A DNA stretch of 64,000 nt from Vicugna vicugna (Eukaryota), in assembly GCA_013265495.1 (NCBI GenBank), contig MU057796.1, positions 496,001 through 560,000 on the forward strand, in the 5' to 3' direction. Positions 52,560-64,000 of this stretch are shown piece by piece (position 1 is the stretch's first letter; every line of letters begins with the position of its first letter). Below the pieces are notes generated by a model. The model did not search any database. It saw only the letters and a program-made list of their open reading frames with translations, and was not told the DNA's origin. The position numbers and the translations under genes were made by a program.

Positions 52560-54260
52560 TAAATAAATTCAATGCAAAAGAAAACATAAGAATAAATCTT
52601 ACGACCTTAGATTTTGCAATTTTTTTAATATATATAACACCAAAATACCAGGCAACCAAAGAAAAAAATACATACATTGGACATCATCAAAGTTAAAATT
52701 TTTGTTTCAGAAGATACTATATTAGTCACAGTTCTGCATAGAAACAGAATCAATAAGATATCTATATCTGTCTATACTGTATCTATATCTATCTATATCT
52801 GTATCTATATGGAGAGAGACAGAAAGATTTATTGTAAGAGATTTAGCTCAGTCTCACAATTTTAGAGGCTGAAAAGTCCTACAATCTGCTGCCTGGATGC
52901 TGGAGGCCCAGGAGAACCAGTGATGTAGTTCCAGCCCAAGCTCAAAGTCCTGAGAACCAGGGGAACAAATGGTGTAAGTCCCTATCTGAATCTGAAAGCT
53001 GGAGAACCAGGAGCATAGATGTGGTGAGCAGAAGAAGATGGATGTCTCAACTCAGGCAAAGAGAAAATTCATCTTTCCTCTGCCTTTTCATTCTATCCAA
53101 ATCCTCATCAGATGGGATATTGCCCATCCACATTGTTGAGAGCAGTCTTTATTTATTCTACCTATTTAAATGCTGATCTCTTCCAGAAATACTGTAACAA
53201 GTACACCCAGAAATAATGTTTTACCAGCTCTCTGGGCACCTTTATCCCAGTCTTATTGACATATACAATTAACCATCATAGATACCATCATGAAACTGAA
53301 AATAAAATACACAAAATGGGAAAATATATTTACAAATAATATATCTGACAGAACTTTTATTCAGTAAAATAGAACTCCTAGAACTCAATAATAAAGAGAC
53401 AACACAATTAAAAACTGGGCAAAGGAGCTGAATAGACATTTACCCAAAGATATACAAATGGCCAGTAAGCATATGAAAAGATACTTAACATCATTAGCAA
53501 TCAGAGAAATGCAATTTAAAACTACAATAAGATACTACTTCACATACACTAGGATGGTTAAAATACAAGGGACTATAAAAAGTTTTGGCAACGATATGGA
53601 GAGATTGGAATTCCCCTACACTGGTGATAGAAATGTAAAATATGTAAAATGATGTAGCCACTTTGAAAAGCAGTCTGACACTTTCTGTAAAAAGTTAACT
53701 GTTGAATTATCTACCATTATGTACAATATAACCTAGCAATTACATTTCTAGGTATCTATACAAAAGAAATGAAAACATAACCACACAAAACCAGAATGTG
53801 AATGTTCATAGAAGTATTACTCATAGTAGCCAAAAAGTGGTAGCAACCAAATGTCTGATGAATGGATAAACAAAAACTCATACAATGGAATACTGCTCTA
53901 CAATTAAAAGGAATGAAGTACTGTTACATGCCACCACATAGAAGAACCTTAAAACATGCTAAGTAAAGAAATAAGTCACAAAGGACCACATAGTGTATGA
54001 CTGCATTTATGTAAAATGTCAGAACAAGTCAATGTACAGAGACAAAGTAAATTAGTGGTTGTCTAGGGCTGTACGGATGAATTTGAGGCTGACAGCTAAA
54101 GAGTATGAGTTCTGGGTTTTTAAACTGATGAAATCTACTACAGTTGGTTTAGTAACAGTTGCCTAACTCCATAAATATATTAAAATCCATTAATTGTGTA
54201 CTTTATATGGGTGAAATATATGATATATGAACTGTATGTCAATAGAACTATTACATAAAA
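52560..54260 (+). mobile_element. LINE-1 3' end (L1MB-like) interrupted by an MLT2 LTR
   Basis: ORF2 peptide [26 protein letters not shown]; 3'UTR to ~54260. Confidence 0.82.
52718..53280 (-). mobile_element. ERVL solo LTR (MLT2B-like) nested in L1
   Basis: tattagtc...agaaacagaa...aatctgctgcctggatgctggaggcccagg...aattaaccatca; 5-bp TSD GATAC at 52713-52717 and 53281-53285. Confidence 0.82.
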
Positions 54261-54261
54261 A

Positions 54262-55430
54262 GAAATTGATTCTTTGAGAAAATCAATAAAATGATCAAAC
54301 TCTAGCTAGGCTGATCAGAAAAATAAAAACATAAATTAATATTCTCAGGAATGAGATCAATGACATCACTTACAACTCCACAGATATTAAAAGGATAATA
54401 GGGAACATTATAAACAACTTTATGCAGATAAATTTTAGAGCTTAGAGGAAATAAATTTCTTGAAAGACAGATTACTGAGCTCACTCAAGAAGAAATAGAT
54501 GACCTGAATATCTTTATAAATAAGAAAATTAATTTTTAGGTAAAAATATTTACATAAAGTAAACCACAGGCCCAGTGGGTTTACTGGTAAATTGTATTAA
54601 ACATTTAACAGCAACAAAAAATAGTAACAAATCTACAAAGGTCTTACAGAAATTCAAAAAGGAGAGAATACTTCCCAAATCATTTTGTGAGACCAGTATT
54701 ATTAACTTGATACCAAAACCAAAGACATCACAGAAAAGAAAATTATAAACCAACATCCCTCACAAAAAAAGATGCAAAAAGTCTTCAAAATTTTTAGCAC
54801 ATCAAATACAATATATTAAAACAACAGTACCCCATGAATAAGTAAGTCTCATCCCCAAAATGCAAGGTTGGTTTAACATTTGAAAATCAGTCAGTCTAAT
54901 TCACCATTTTAAACTAAAAAATAAAAATCATTATCATTTCAATACACGCAGAGAAAGCATTTGGCAAGCTTCAACTCCCATTCCTGACAAAAACTGTCAG
55001 TAAACTAAGAGTATCAGGAAACTTTCCCAAACTGATAAAGGGCATCTGTAAAAAAACATGTACTGTACTTAATGGCAGTAGCCTGAAAATTGCACCCTGA
55101 AGATCAGAACAAGAGAGAAATATCTGCTCTCAAAGCTTAAATTCAATATCCTACACGAAATCAAAGCCAGTAAATAAGGCAAGGAAATAAATTAAAGGCA
55201 TTTAGATTGGAAAGTAAAAGTGTCTTTAATCACAGCCATGATTCTTTATGTAACATATCCACTAGAATCTACAAAAAAGCTGCTACAACTCAGTAAGTGA
55301 ATTTAGCAAGGTTGAAGGGCACTAGAATGACATGTTAAATCAATAGTATTTTTGTATACTAGTTTTGAACAACCTGAACTTGAAATTATAAAAGTCATAC
55401 CATTTATTGTAGAATGAAAATATGAAGTAT
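54262..55430 (+). mobile_element. Old LINE-1 ORF2 segment
   Basis: ttctttgagaaaatcaataaaat, tcaagaagaaatagat and aaatgcaaggttggtttaacatt motifs. Confidence 0.8.
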
Positions 55431-55509
55431 ATTTTGGTATATACTGGTATATCAAATGGGGATCACATAGCTAATCATCAAAGAAAATTAGAATACATTC
55501 TCATATTTT

Positions 55510-58500
55510 TGAATGCTGAATTACCCTGATACCAAAAGCCAGACAATAATAACAGAAACCTATAGGCCAATATTCCTGATGAATATAGATGCAAAACCAC
55601 ACAACAAAATACTCGAAATTGAGTTTAGCAGTATATTGAAAAGATCATACACCATAAGCAAGTAGGATTGATCCCTCACATGGAAAGGACATGTGGAAAT
55701 TAATATGGTAAAATACATTAGCAGAATAAAGGATAAAAATCATATGATCATCTCAATAGATGTAGAAAAAGCATCTAACAAAATTCAACAACCTCTTTGA
55801 TAAAAACTCTTGAGAAACTGGGTATAGAAAGAACATACTTCAATGTAATGAAGGCCATGTATGACAAGCTGACAGCTAACAACATATTCAATGGTGAAAA
55901 CTGAAAGCTTATCTTCTAAGATCAGGAACAAGGCAAATATGCCCACTCTTGCCACTTCTAGTCATAAAAGACTGAAAGTCCTAGCAGAGAAATTAGTCAA
56001 GAAAATAAATAAAAGGAATCCAAATCAAAAAGGAAGAAGTAAAATTACCTCTGTTTGCTGATGATTGATCTTATATGTAGGAAACTCCAAAGATTCCACC
56101 TCCCCACCAAATTAGAATTAATCAACAAATTCAGTAAAGTTTCAGGTTTCAAAATAAATATTTGCCAAAGACAAAAATTAATAAAACAATCCCATTTACA
56201 ATAGTATCAAAAAGAAGAAAATGCTTAGGAATATACTTAATCAAAAAGGTGAAAGATTTCTATGTGAAACTCTAAAATATTCATAAAAGAAATTGAAGAC
56301 ACAAATAAATGGGAAGGATATCCCATGTACACAGATTGGAAGACTTAAATATGTTGAATTATTAATAATAAATCAATCTATAAATTCAATCATGTCCCCA
56401 TCAACATCTAAATGGTATTTTTACAGAAATAGAAAAAAAAACTATCCTAAAATTCATATGGAACAACAAAGACTCCAAAAATAGTCAAAGCAATCTTGAA
56501 AAAAACCAAAGCTAGAGGCATCACATTTTCTGATTCAAAATATATTACAAAGCTACATGAATTAAAGACATATGATACTGGCATAAAGATAGACATATAG
56601 ATGAATGGAACAGAATATAGAGCTCAGAAACAAAGCCTTGTATATACAATCAGCTGATGTTGGACATTGGTGCCAAGAACACATGATGGAGAAATAGTAT
56701 TCTTCTCAACAAATGGTGCTGAAAAAACTGTATAGCCACCTGCAAAAGAATGTAGTTAAAACCTTATATCCAACAAATTAAAGATGACCTAAAGAAATGG
56801 AAACGTATCCCATGCTCTTGGATTAGAAGAATTAATATTGTTAAAATGTCCATACTGCCCAAGACAATCTACAGATTTAATGTGATCCTTATCAAATTAC
56901 CCAGGACATTTTTACAGAACTAGAACAAACAATCCTAAAATTTATACAGAATCACAAAAGACCCAGAATTGCCAAATCAATGTTTAAGAAAAAGAACAAA
57001 GCTGGAAGAATAACCCTCCCAGATTTGAGACAATACTGCAGAACTACAGTAATCAAAATAGCATGGTATTGGTACAAAAACAGACATTTGGATCAATGGA
57101 ACAGAATAGAAAGCCCAGAAATGAACCTATAAACTTTTGGTCTATTAATCTCTGACAAAGGGGGCAAGAACATACAGTGGAATAAAGACAGTCTCTTCAG
57201 CAAATGGTGCTGGGAAAACTGAACAACAGCATGTAAATCAATGAAGTTAAAATACTTCCTCACACCATACACAAAAATAAACTCAAAGTGGCTTAAAGAC
57301 TTAAACATAAGACAAAACACAATAAACCTCCTAGAAGAAAACATAGGTAAAACATTATCTCACATTCACCTCAGCAATGTTCTCCTAGGGCAGTCTACCC
57401 AGGCAACAGAAATAAAAGCAAAAATAAACAAATAAGACTTAATTAAACTTATAAGTTTTTGCACAGCAAAGGAAACCATAAGCAAAACAAAATGACAACC
57501 TACAGAATGGGAGAAAATATTTGTGAAAGATGAGGCTGACAAGAGCTTAATTTCCTGAATATATAAACATCTCATACAATTTAATAAGAAAAAACAAACA
57601 ACCCAACCCCAAAATGAATGGAGACCCTAAACAAGTGATTCTCCAATGAAGACATACAAATGGCAAAGTCACATGAAAAAAATGCTTGATATCACTAATT
57701 ATCAGAGAAATACAAGTCAAAACTATAATGAGATATCACGTCACACAAGTCAGAATGGCCATCATACAAAAGTCCATGAACAATCAATGGTGGAGAGGGT
57801 GTGGAGAAAAAGGAACCCTCCTACACTTCTGGTGGGAATGTAGTTTGGGGCAGCCATTATGGAAAATAGTATGGAGATTCCTCAAAAAACTAAAAAGAGA
57901 CTTACCATATGATCCAGTAATCCCACTCCTGGGCATATATATCAGAGGGAGCCTTAATTCAAAATATACGTGCACCCCAATGTTTATAGCAGCACTGTAT
58001 ACAATAGCCAAGACATAGAAGCAACCTGAATGTTCATTGACAGATGATTGGATAAAGAAGCTATGGTATATTTATATAATGGAATACTACTCAGTCATAA
58101 AAAATAATAAAATAATGCCATTTGCTGCAACATGGATGGACCTGGAGATTGTCATTCTAAGAGAAGTGAGCCAGAAAGAGAAATTAAAATGCCATATGAT
58201 ATCACTCATATGTGGAATCTAAAAAAAAAAAAAAAAGACCACTATGAACTCATCTAAAAAACAGAAACAGACTTGCAGACATAGAAAACAATCTTATGTT
58301 TACTGGAGAAAGGGGGTGGGAAGGGATACATTTGGGAGTTTGAGACTTACAAATTTAGCCACTATATATAAAAATAAGATAAGAAAGAGTTTCTTCTGTA
58401 TAGCACAGGGAACTGTGTTCAATATCTTGTAATAACCTTCAATAAAAAATATGAAAGCAAATATATGTGTGTATATGCATGACTAGGACATTGTGCTATA

Positions 58501-59760
58501 CACCAAAAATTGACACTTTGTAACTGTACTTCAATAATACTTACATAAATAATAAATAAATAAACAAATTAAATGATTGTAAAAAATAAATAAAATGAAA
58601 ACTATATCCTATAAAAATAAGCTATAAATGGATTAAGAACTTTAAGACCTGAAACTTTAAAACTCCTGGAAGAAAACATAGGGGGAAAGTCCTTGGTATT
58701 GGTATTGGCAGTGATTTCTCAGATATGACACCAAAAAACTTAACTAAAGCAGAAATAGACAAGTGAGGAAAATCAAACTAGAAAGTTTCTGTCCACAAAG
58801 AAAGCAACTAACAGAATGAAAAGGCAAGCTACAACATATTTGCAAACCCTTTTTCTGATAAGAGGTTAAAATCCAAAATATATAAATAACAACTACAACT
58901 TAAATGTAAAAAGCAAAAAACTTTATTAAAAAATGAGCACTTGAATAGACATTTCTCCTTAGAATACTGGTATATCAAATGGGGATCACATAGCTAATCA
59001 TCAAAGAAACCCAAATCAAAATCACAGTGTTATATCACAGCACTCCTGTTAGGATGACTTTTATTTTTTAAAAAGGATAATTATTCGGTGACAATGTGGA
59101 GAAATGATTCTCTTGCACACTGTTGGTGGAATGTAGAATGGGGCAGTTTTTATGGAAAATGTTTGGAACATCCTCAAAACATTAAAAATAGAACTAAATT
59201 ATGGTCTAGTAATCCTTTAGGGATATATCCTAAAGCATTGAAACCAGGATCACAAAGAGATATCTACACTCCCATGTTCATTGCAGCCTTATTCACAACA
59301 GCCAAGATGTGGAAACAATAAATCCATCATTGGATGAATGGAGAAAGAAAATTTGATTTATATATGTGCACACATACACACACAAAGAAATATTATTCAG
59401 CCTTAAAAATGGAGGAAGTTATGCTATACACAACATGATGAACCTGGAGGACGCTATACTAAGTGAACAAAGCCAGTCACAGAAGGAAGATACTGCATTA
59501 TTCCACTTTTATGAGATATATAAAATAGCCAAACTCTTAGAAGCAAAGAGTAGAATGGAGGCTGCCAGGGCTTGGGAAAAAGGGAAAATACAGAGTTGCT
59601 CTTCAGTGGCTGTAAAGTGTTAGTCATAAAGATGAGTAAATTCTAGAGATATGATAGCTCTCTTGCAAAAGAGTACCTATGGTTGACAATAATATATTGT
59701 ACACTTAAAATTTTGAGAGCGTAAATCTCACGTTAAGTGCTCTCACCACATTTTAAAAGA
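55510..59760 (+). mobile_element. LINE-1 (L1MA-like) ORF2 3' half + 3'UTR, split by a younger L1
   Basis: RT region (ctctgtttgctgatgat, LFADD motif) to ~56770; resumes at ~58610 at the matching ORF2 position; 3'UTR ends ~59760. Confidence 0.85.
56772..58597 (+). mobile_element. Younger LINE-1, 5'-truncated (~1.8 kb), nested in the L1 above
   Basis: ORF2 peptides [18 protein letters not shown] and [19 protein letters not shown]; (AAAT)n tail; imperfect TSD aaaaccttatatcc / aaaactatatcc. Confidence 0.88.
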
Positions 59761-59976
59761 AGGTATGAAGTCAAAATATAACAAAGTGAAGAAAATATTA
59801 AACACATAATTAGTAAATGTTTAATGGCCTTAATTTGCAAAAATCTCTACAAGTAAGTATCAGATTTTATAATTTTCACTTATCTGAAGATTGTGAAGTG
59901 ATATCTCATTTCAGTACTGTTAAGATCTCCCTAATTACTAGCCATTTTTTAATGCCTAATACTAGAATTTTTTAAA

Positions 59977-60897
59977 AATATAGACTTCAGTCATTAGATG
60001 TATTGAATTTCCTATGTATATATTTTGCCCATTTTCATTGTGTTACAAACCTTAGAAACACTAGTGTGTAGGCTTATTCATGTTTGTTAGCTACTAATAC
60101 TTTTCAGTGTGGCGACTTACTGCTTAATGATGGTTGTGGTGTTTCTTTAAACAGAAACATAATCTTTTCTCATTCATTTGTGGTTTTGTTGTGACTTGTT
60201 GCAACATGGATGTTCCTGGAGAATGTCATTCTAAGTGAAGTAAGCCAGGAAGAGAAAGAAAAATACCATATGAGATCGCTCATATGTGGAATCTAAACAA
60301 ACAAACAAACAAACATAAATACAAAACAGAAACAGACTCACAGACATAGAATACAAACTTGTGGTTGCCAAGGTGGAGGGGGAGGGGAAGGGACAGACCG
60401 GGATTTCAAAATGTAGAATAGATAAAATGAGATTGTACTGTGCAGCACAGGGAAATATATAATAGACTTCAATATAGACTTCAGTCATTAGATGTATTGA
60501 ATTATTTTGCCCATTTTCATTGTGTTACAAACCTTAGAAACACTAGTGTGTAGGCTTATTCATGTTTGTTAGCTACTAATACTTTTCAGTGTGGCGACTT
60601 ACTGCTTAATGATGGTTGTGGTGTTTCTTTAAACAGAAACATAATCTTTTCTCATTCATTTGTGGTTTTGTTGTGACTTGTTGCAACATGGATGTTCCTG
60701 GAGAATGTCATTCTAAGTGAAGTAAGCCAGGAAGAGAAAGAAAAATACCATATGAGATCGCTCATATGTGGAATCTAAACAAACAAACAAACAAAAATAA
60801 AAAACAGAGTGGAGGGGGAGGGGAAGGGACAGACCGGGATTTCAAAATGTAGAATAGATAAAATGAGATTGTACTGTGCAGCACAGGGAAATATATA
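59977..60897 (+). repeat. Recent direct tandem duplication (59977-60461 and 60471-60897)
   Basis: Near-identical copies apart from two deletions in copy 2. Confidence 0.95.
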
Positions 60898-61045
60898 CAG
60901 GATCTTGTGGTGGCTCACAGCAAAAGAGAATGTGACAGTGAATGTATTATTTCATGTATAACTGAAAAATTGTGCTCTACACTGGAATTTGACACAACAT
61001 TGTAAAATGACTATAACTCAATAAAAAAAAATGTTAAAAAAGATA
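60682..61045 (+). mobile_element. Short young LINE-1 3' end (its 5' part duplicated at ~60200-60461)
   Basis: Same 3'UTR type as 11340-11731; A-tail at ~61021-61045. Confidence 0.88.
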
Positions 61046-61149
61046 AAAACTAGAAATCCAAAAAACAAGTCTTCCCTGTTTGATACCATATTTTTATTCT
61101 AAAATTTGAAAATGTTCCATTTGTATATTTGATTACTTCCAATCATACC

Positions 61150-63070
61150 TATTTCAACATCATTTTGTGTTCATTATCATGGCTTATTTTTGATTTTCAT
61201 TAGGGTGAGTTTTACTGACCTTACTTTTTTTCATAAAACTTGCATAGTCTTGGTTCAATTTTCTTTTATATATAAAGATACTACTCTTTCCCCCATCAAG
61301 TTGTATTTGAACTTTTGTGGGAAATCAGTTGCCTGTATATCATGTGATGAATTGTTTCTACATTCTCAGTTCTGTTCCACTGATCTATATGGTTATCCTT
61401 CTGCACATACCACATGTCCTGATTGGTGCCGCTCTGTAAAAGTTGTGAAATCAGAAAGTATGAGTCCCTCAACTTTATTCTCCTTTTTCAACATAATTTT
61501 GGCAATTCTTTGTCCCTTGAATTTCTCTAAGAATTTTAGAATCAGCTTGTTAATTGCAAAAAAGCCAACTAGTATTTTGGCAAGTATTTTGTTGAATAAA
61601 AACACATCAGTTTGAAGAGTATTGCTATCTTAACAATATTAAGTCTTCAAGTTCATAAACATGTGATGTCTTTGCATTTATTTGGGTCATCTTTAATTTC
61701 TTTCAACAATGTTTTATAGTTTTCAGAGTATATGTTTTATGTTTATTTTGTTAAATTTGTTCCTAATTTTATGTTCTCTTGATGTCATTGTAAATGTAAC
61801 TGTTTTCCTAATTTCATTTTTGGATTGTTCATTGCTAGTGTAGAAATGCATTCGATTCTTAGATATTTTGTATTGATGTTGCTCTTGCAGCTTTAGTGAA
61901 CTAATTTATTATTTCTAGTTATATTTTTGTAACATTCCATAGGATTTTTCATATACAATATTATTTCAAGTGCAAATAGAGTTCTACTTCTTTCCAATCT
62001 GGATGCCTTTTACTTCACTATATCACTTAACTGCCCTGGACAGACCCTCTAGTGGAATGTTGAGTACAAGTTACAAGAGGGGGCATCCTTGTATAGTTCC
62101 TGATCTTAGGGGAGAAGAACTTAGTGTTTCAACCAAGTATTATGTTGGCTGTGGACTTCTCACAGATGCCCTTTAGCAGGTTGAATAAATATCCTTATAC
62201 CCCTACTTTGTTGAGTGTTGCTATAATAAAGGATGTTGGATTTTATGAAATGCTTTTCTTGGGTCTATTGTGATCATTGCGTGGCTTTGTCCTTCATTGT
62301 ATTAATGAGTTATTACATTGCTCATTTTTCTGATAGTAAGATATCCTTGAATTCCTGGGAAAAATCTCAGTTTATAATAATGTAGCATAATTATCTATGT
62401 TGTTGGATTCTGTTTGCTAGTATTTTGTTGAGAATTTTTGCATCTATATTCATAAGATATATTGATCTCTAGTTTTCTTTTGTTATGATGTCTTTGGCAT
62501 TGGCATTAGGGTTATACTGACTTTATAGAATGAGCTGGGAAGTATTTACTGCTTTTCTGTTTTTGGACTAGTTTGTACATAATAGCTTGTATTAATTCTT
62601 CTTTCAATATTTGGTGGAATTCACCAGCAAAGCCATTTGGGCCTGAACATTTTTGTGAAACGTTTTTACATTACTAATTCAATCTCTTAACCCATTATAC
62701 AGCTATTCAGATAATCTATTTCTTTGAGAATCTATCACAGTAGTCTATGTTTTTCTAAGGATTTGTCCATTTTATCTAAGTTATTTAATTTGTTGTCATA
62801 TAATTTATAGTATTCACTTATAATTTGTCTCATTTCTGTAAGGTTGGTCATAACGTCCTCTTTTTCATTCCTCATTTAAAATGCTTTAGTCTTCTCCCTT
62901 TTTTCTTGGTCTATATAGCTGAAGTTTTGTCAATTTTGTTGATCTTTCAAATAACCTTTGGCTCATTGGTTTTCTCTATTTTTTAATTATCTAATTTATT
63001 AAATTGTGCTCTAATATCTATTGGTTCCTTCCTTCTGCTGGCTTTAGGTTTAGTGTACTCTTTTTTTTTT
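61150..63070 (-). mobile_element. Old LINE-1 ORF2 segment
   Basis: Minus-strand peptide INKLILKFLEKFKGQRIAKIMLKKENKVEGLILSDF is L1 ORF2-like; continuous antisense motifs. Confidence 0.85.
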
Positions 63071-64000
63071 CTACTTGGGACCAATTTTTAGTATTTTATT
63101 TTCAACTTTTGATCCCAAACATGCAGACAGTATAAATTCAGCCTCAAAATAAGCAAGGAACACATTACTCGCCATCAATTCACACTCTTACTTTTCTGGT
63201 TTATTATTCCCACTTTATTTATTTGACCTAAATAATTTTCTTTCTATATATTTTTAAGCTAACATTTCTTGGTACTTTGACAGGATAAATCTCTGTTACA
63301 AACCAATAATCCCATTCACATCACTTACTATTTGTGGTTAGAGGAAAGTTGGGGCTCAGAACTTCTCCTCCCTGACAGTCAATTCTTAAGGATGAAGGAG
63401 AAGTAGACCTCATGTGGGTAAGAAAGAATTCTGCTTATACCTTTAGCATTGAAGAGTAGAATATGGCTTTGGGTAAAGTCTCCATATTGGAGGATGTTTG
63501 CTTTGCAGAAATGAATATGAAATATAATTATAGAAGTATTAATTTTCTGAATCTAAGTTGTTTGACTATGTCTTCAAGTACGCTTACATGTAACTTGCTC
63601 ATTAACATAGAAATGCCTTTCTAATAAAAATGTTATATTCAACAGCAATAGATATTTATAATAAATTATTTTAGCAATCTCACTATTAATAGAGAAAAGC
63701 TAACAGAGAATGACACCATTTTCTAACTTTTATTGTTATTTTTATGCAAATTATTTATAAATTATAGAATTGATATTTTTAAAAAACTCATATGAACTGG
63801 ACACTGGTAAAGTAAAATCTTTTTTATCTCCCAAACTTCTAAGATCTTAAAAAAAATCACTCTTTACTGTGTATCTCATTTCTTTGTCTACAAAATATGA
63901 TTAATGACATTAATCTGGGGACAATTTATAGCAAAGATGCAAGCGATGGAGCAGAATCTGAAATGTAATTTCTGCCCCTTATCAAGGAAAACTTGTACAA

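Noticed and set aside
52560..59760. Intact, active LINE-1
   Set aside because: A mosaic of several truncated elements with many stops and frameshifts; no 5'UTR/ORF1 or long ORF2.
3840..61045. Recurrent near-identical motifs as a CRISPR-like or novel repeat array
   Set aside because: They are dispersed L1 3'UTR copies with A-tails and TSDs, not regularly spaced repeats with unique spacers; the DNA is mammalian.
2055..62176. The remaining 60-140 aa ORFs in the track as genes
   Set aside because: They fall in L1/LTR sequence or are of chance length; many start at GTG/TTG; none is recognisable as a cellular protein.
54262..63070. Long-range inverted similarity between ~54260-54900 and ~62400-63070
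   Set aside because: Explained by two oppositely oriented old L1 ORF2 segments; no special identity apparent by eye.

Overview
AT-rich, repeat-dense mammalian genomic DNA, most likely intergenic or deep intronic. Roughly half of it is LINE-1 of several ages, with MaLR/ERVL/ERV1 LTRs, MIR/L2 relics and small Tc1-mariner-type DNA transposons. It contains cetartiodactyl-type L1 3' ends, and I recognised no Alu, B1, CHR, PRE, BovB or SINEC SINEs, which suggests a camelid (inference). The only confidently identifiable gene-derived sequence is a full-length processed ARHGDIA (RhoGDI-alpha) retrocopy on the minus strand at 41660-43535. Its nearly 40 amino-acid changes are almost all A/T->G/C, the opposite of normal pseudogene decay and a strong signature of GC-biased gene conversion. 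It also carries a 267-codon ORF opened by an ATG from the target site. Other notable structures are three nested same-orientation L1 3' ends with seamless homologous junctions, a twin-primed L1, an exact 46-bp templated copy, a recent ~0.48 kb tandem duplication and a ~220-bp inverted repeat. I find no support for an intact protein-coding gene, RNA gene, CRISPR array or new multi-gene system. Repeat family names come from my recall of consensus sequences and were not checked by search; boundaries without TSDs are approximate.
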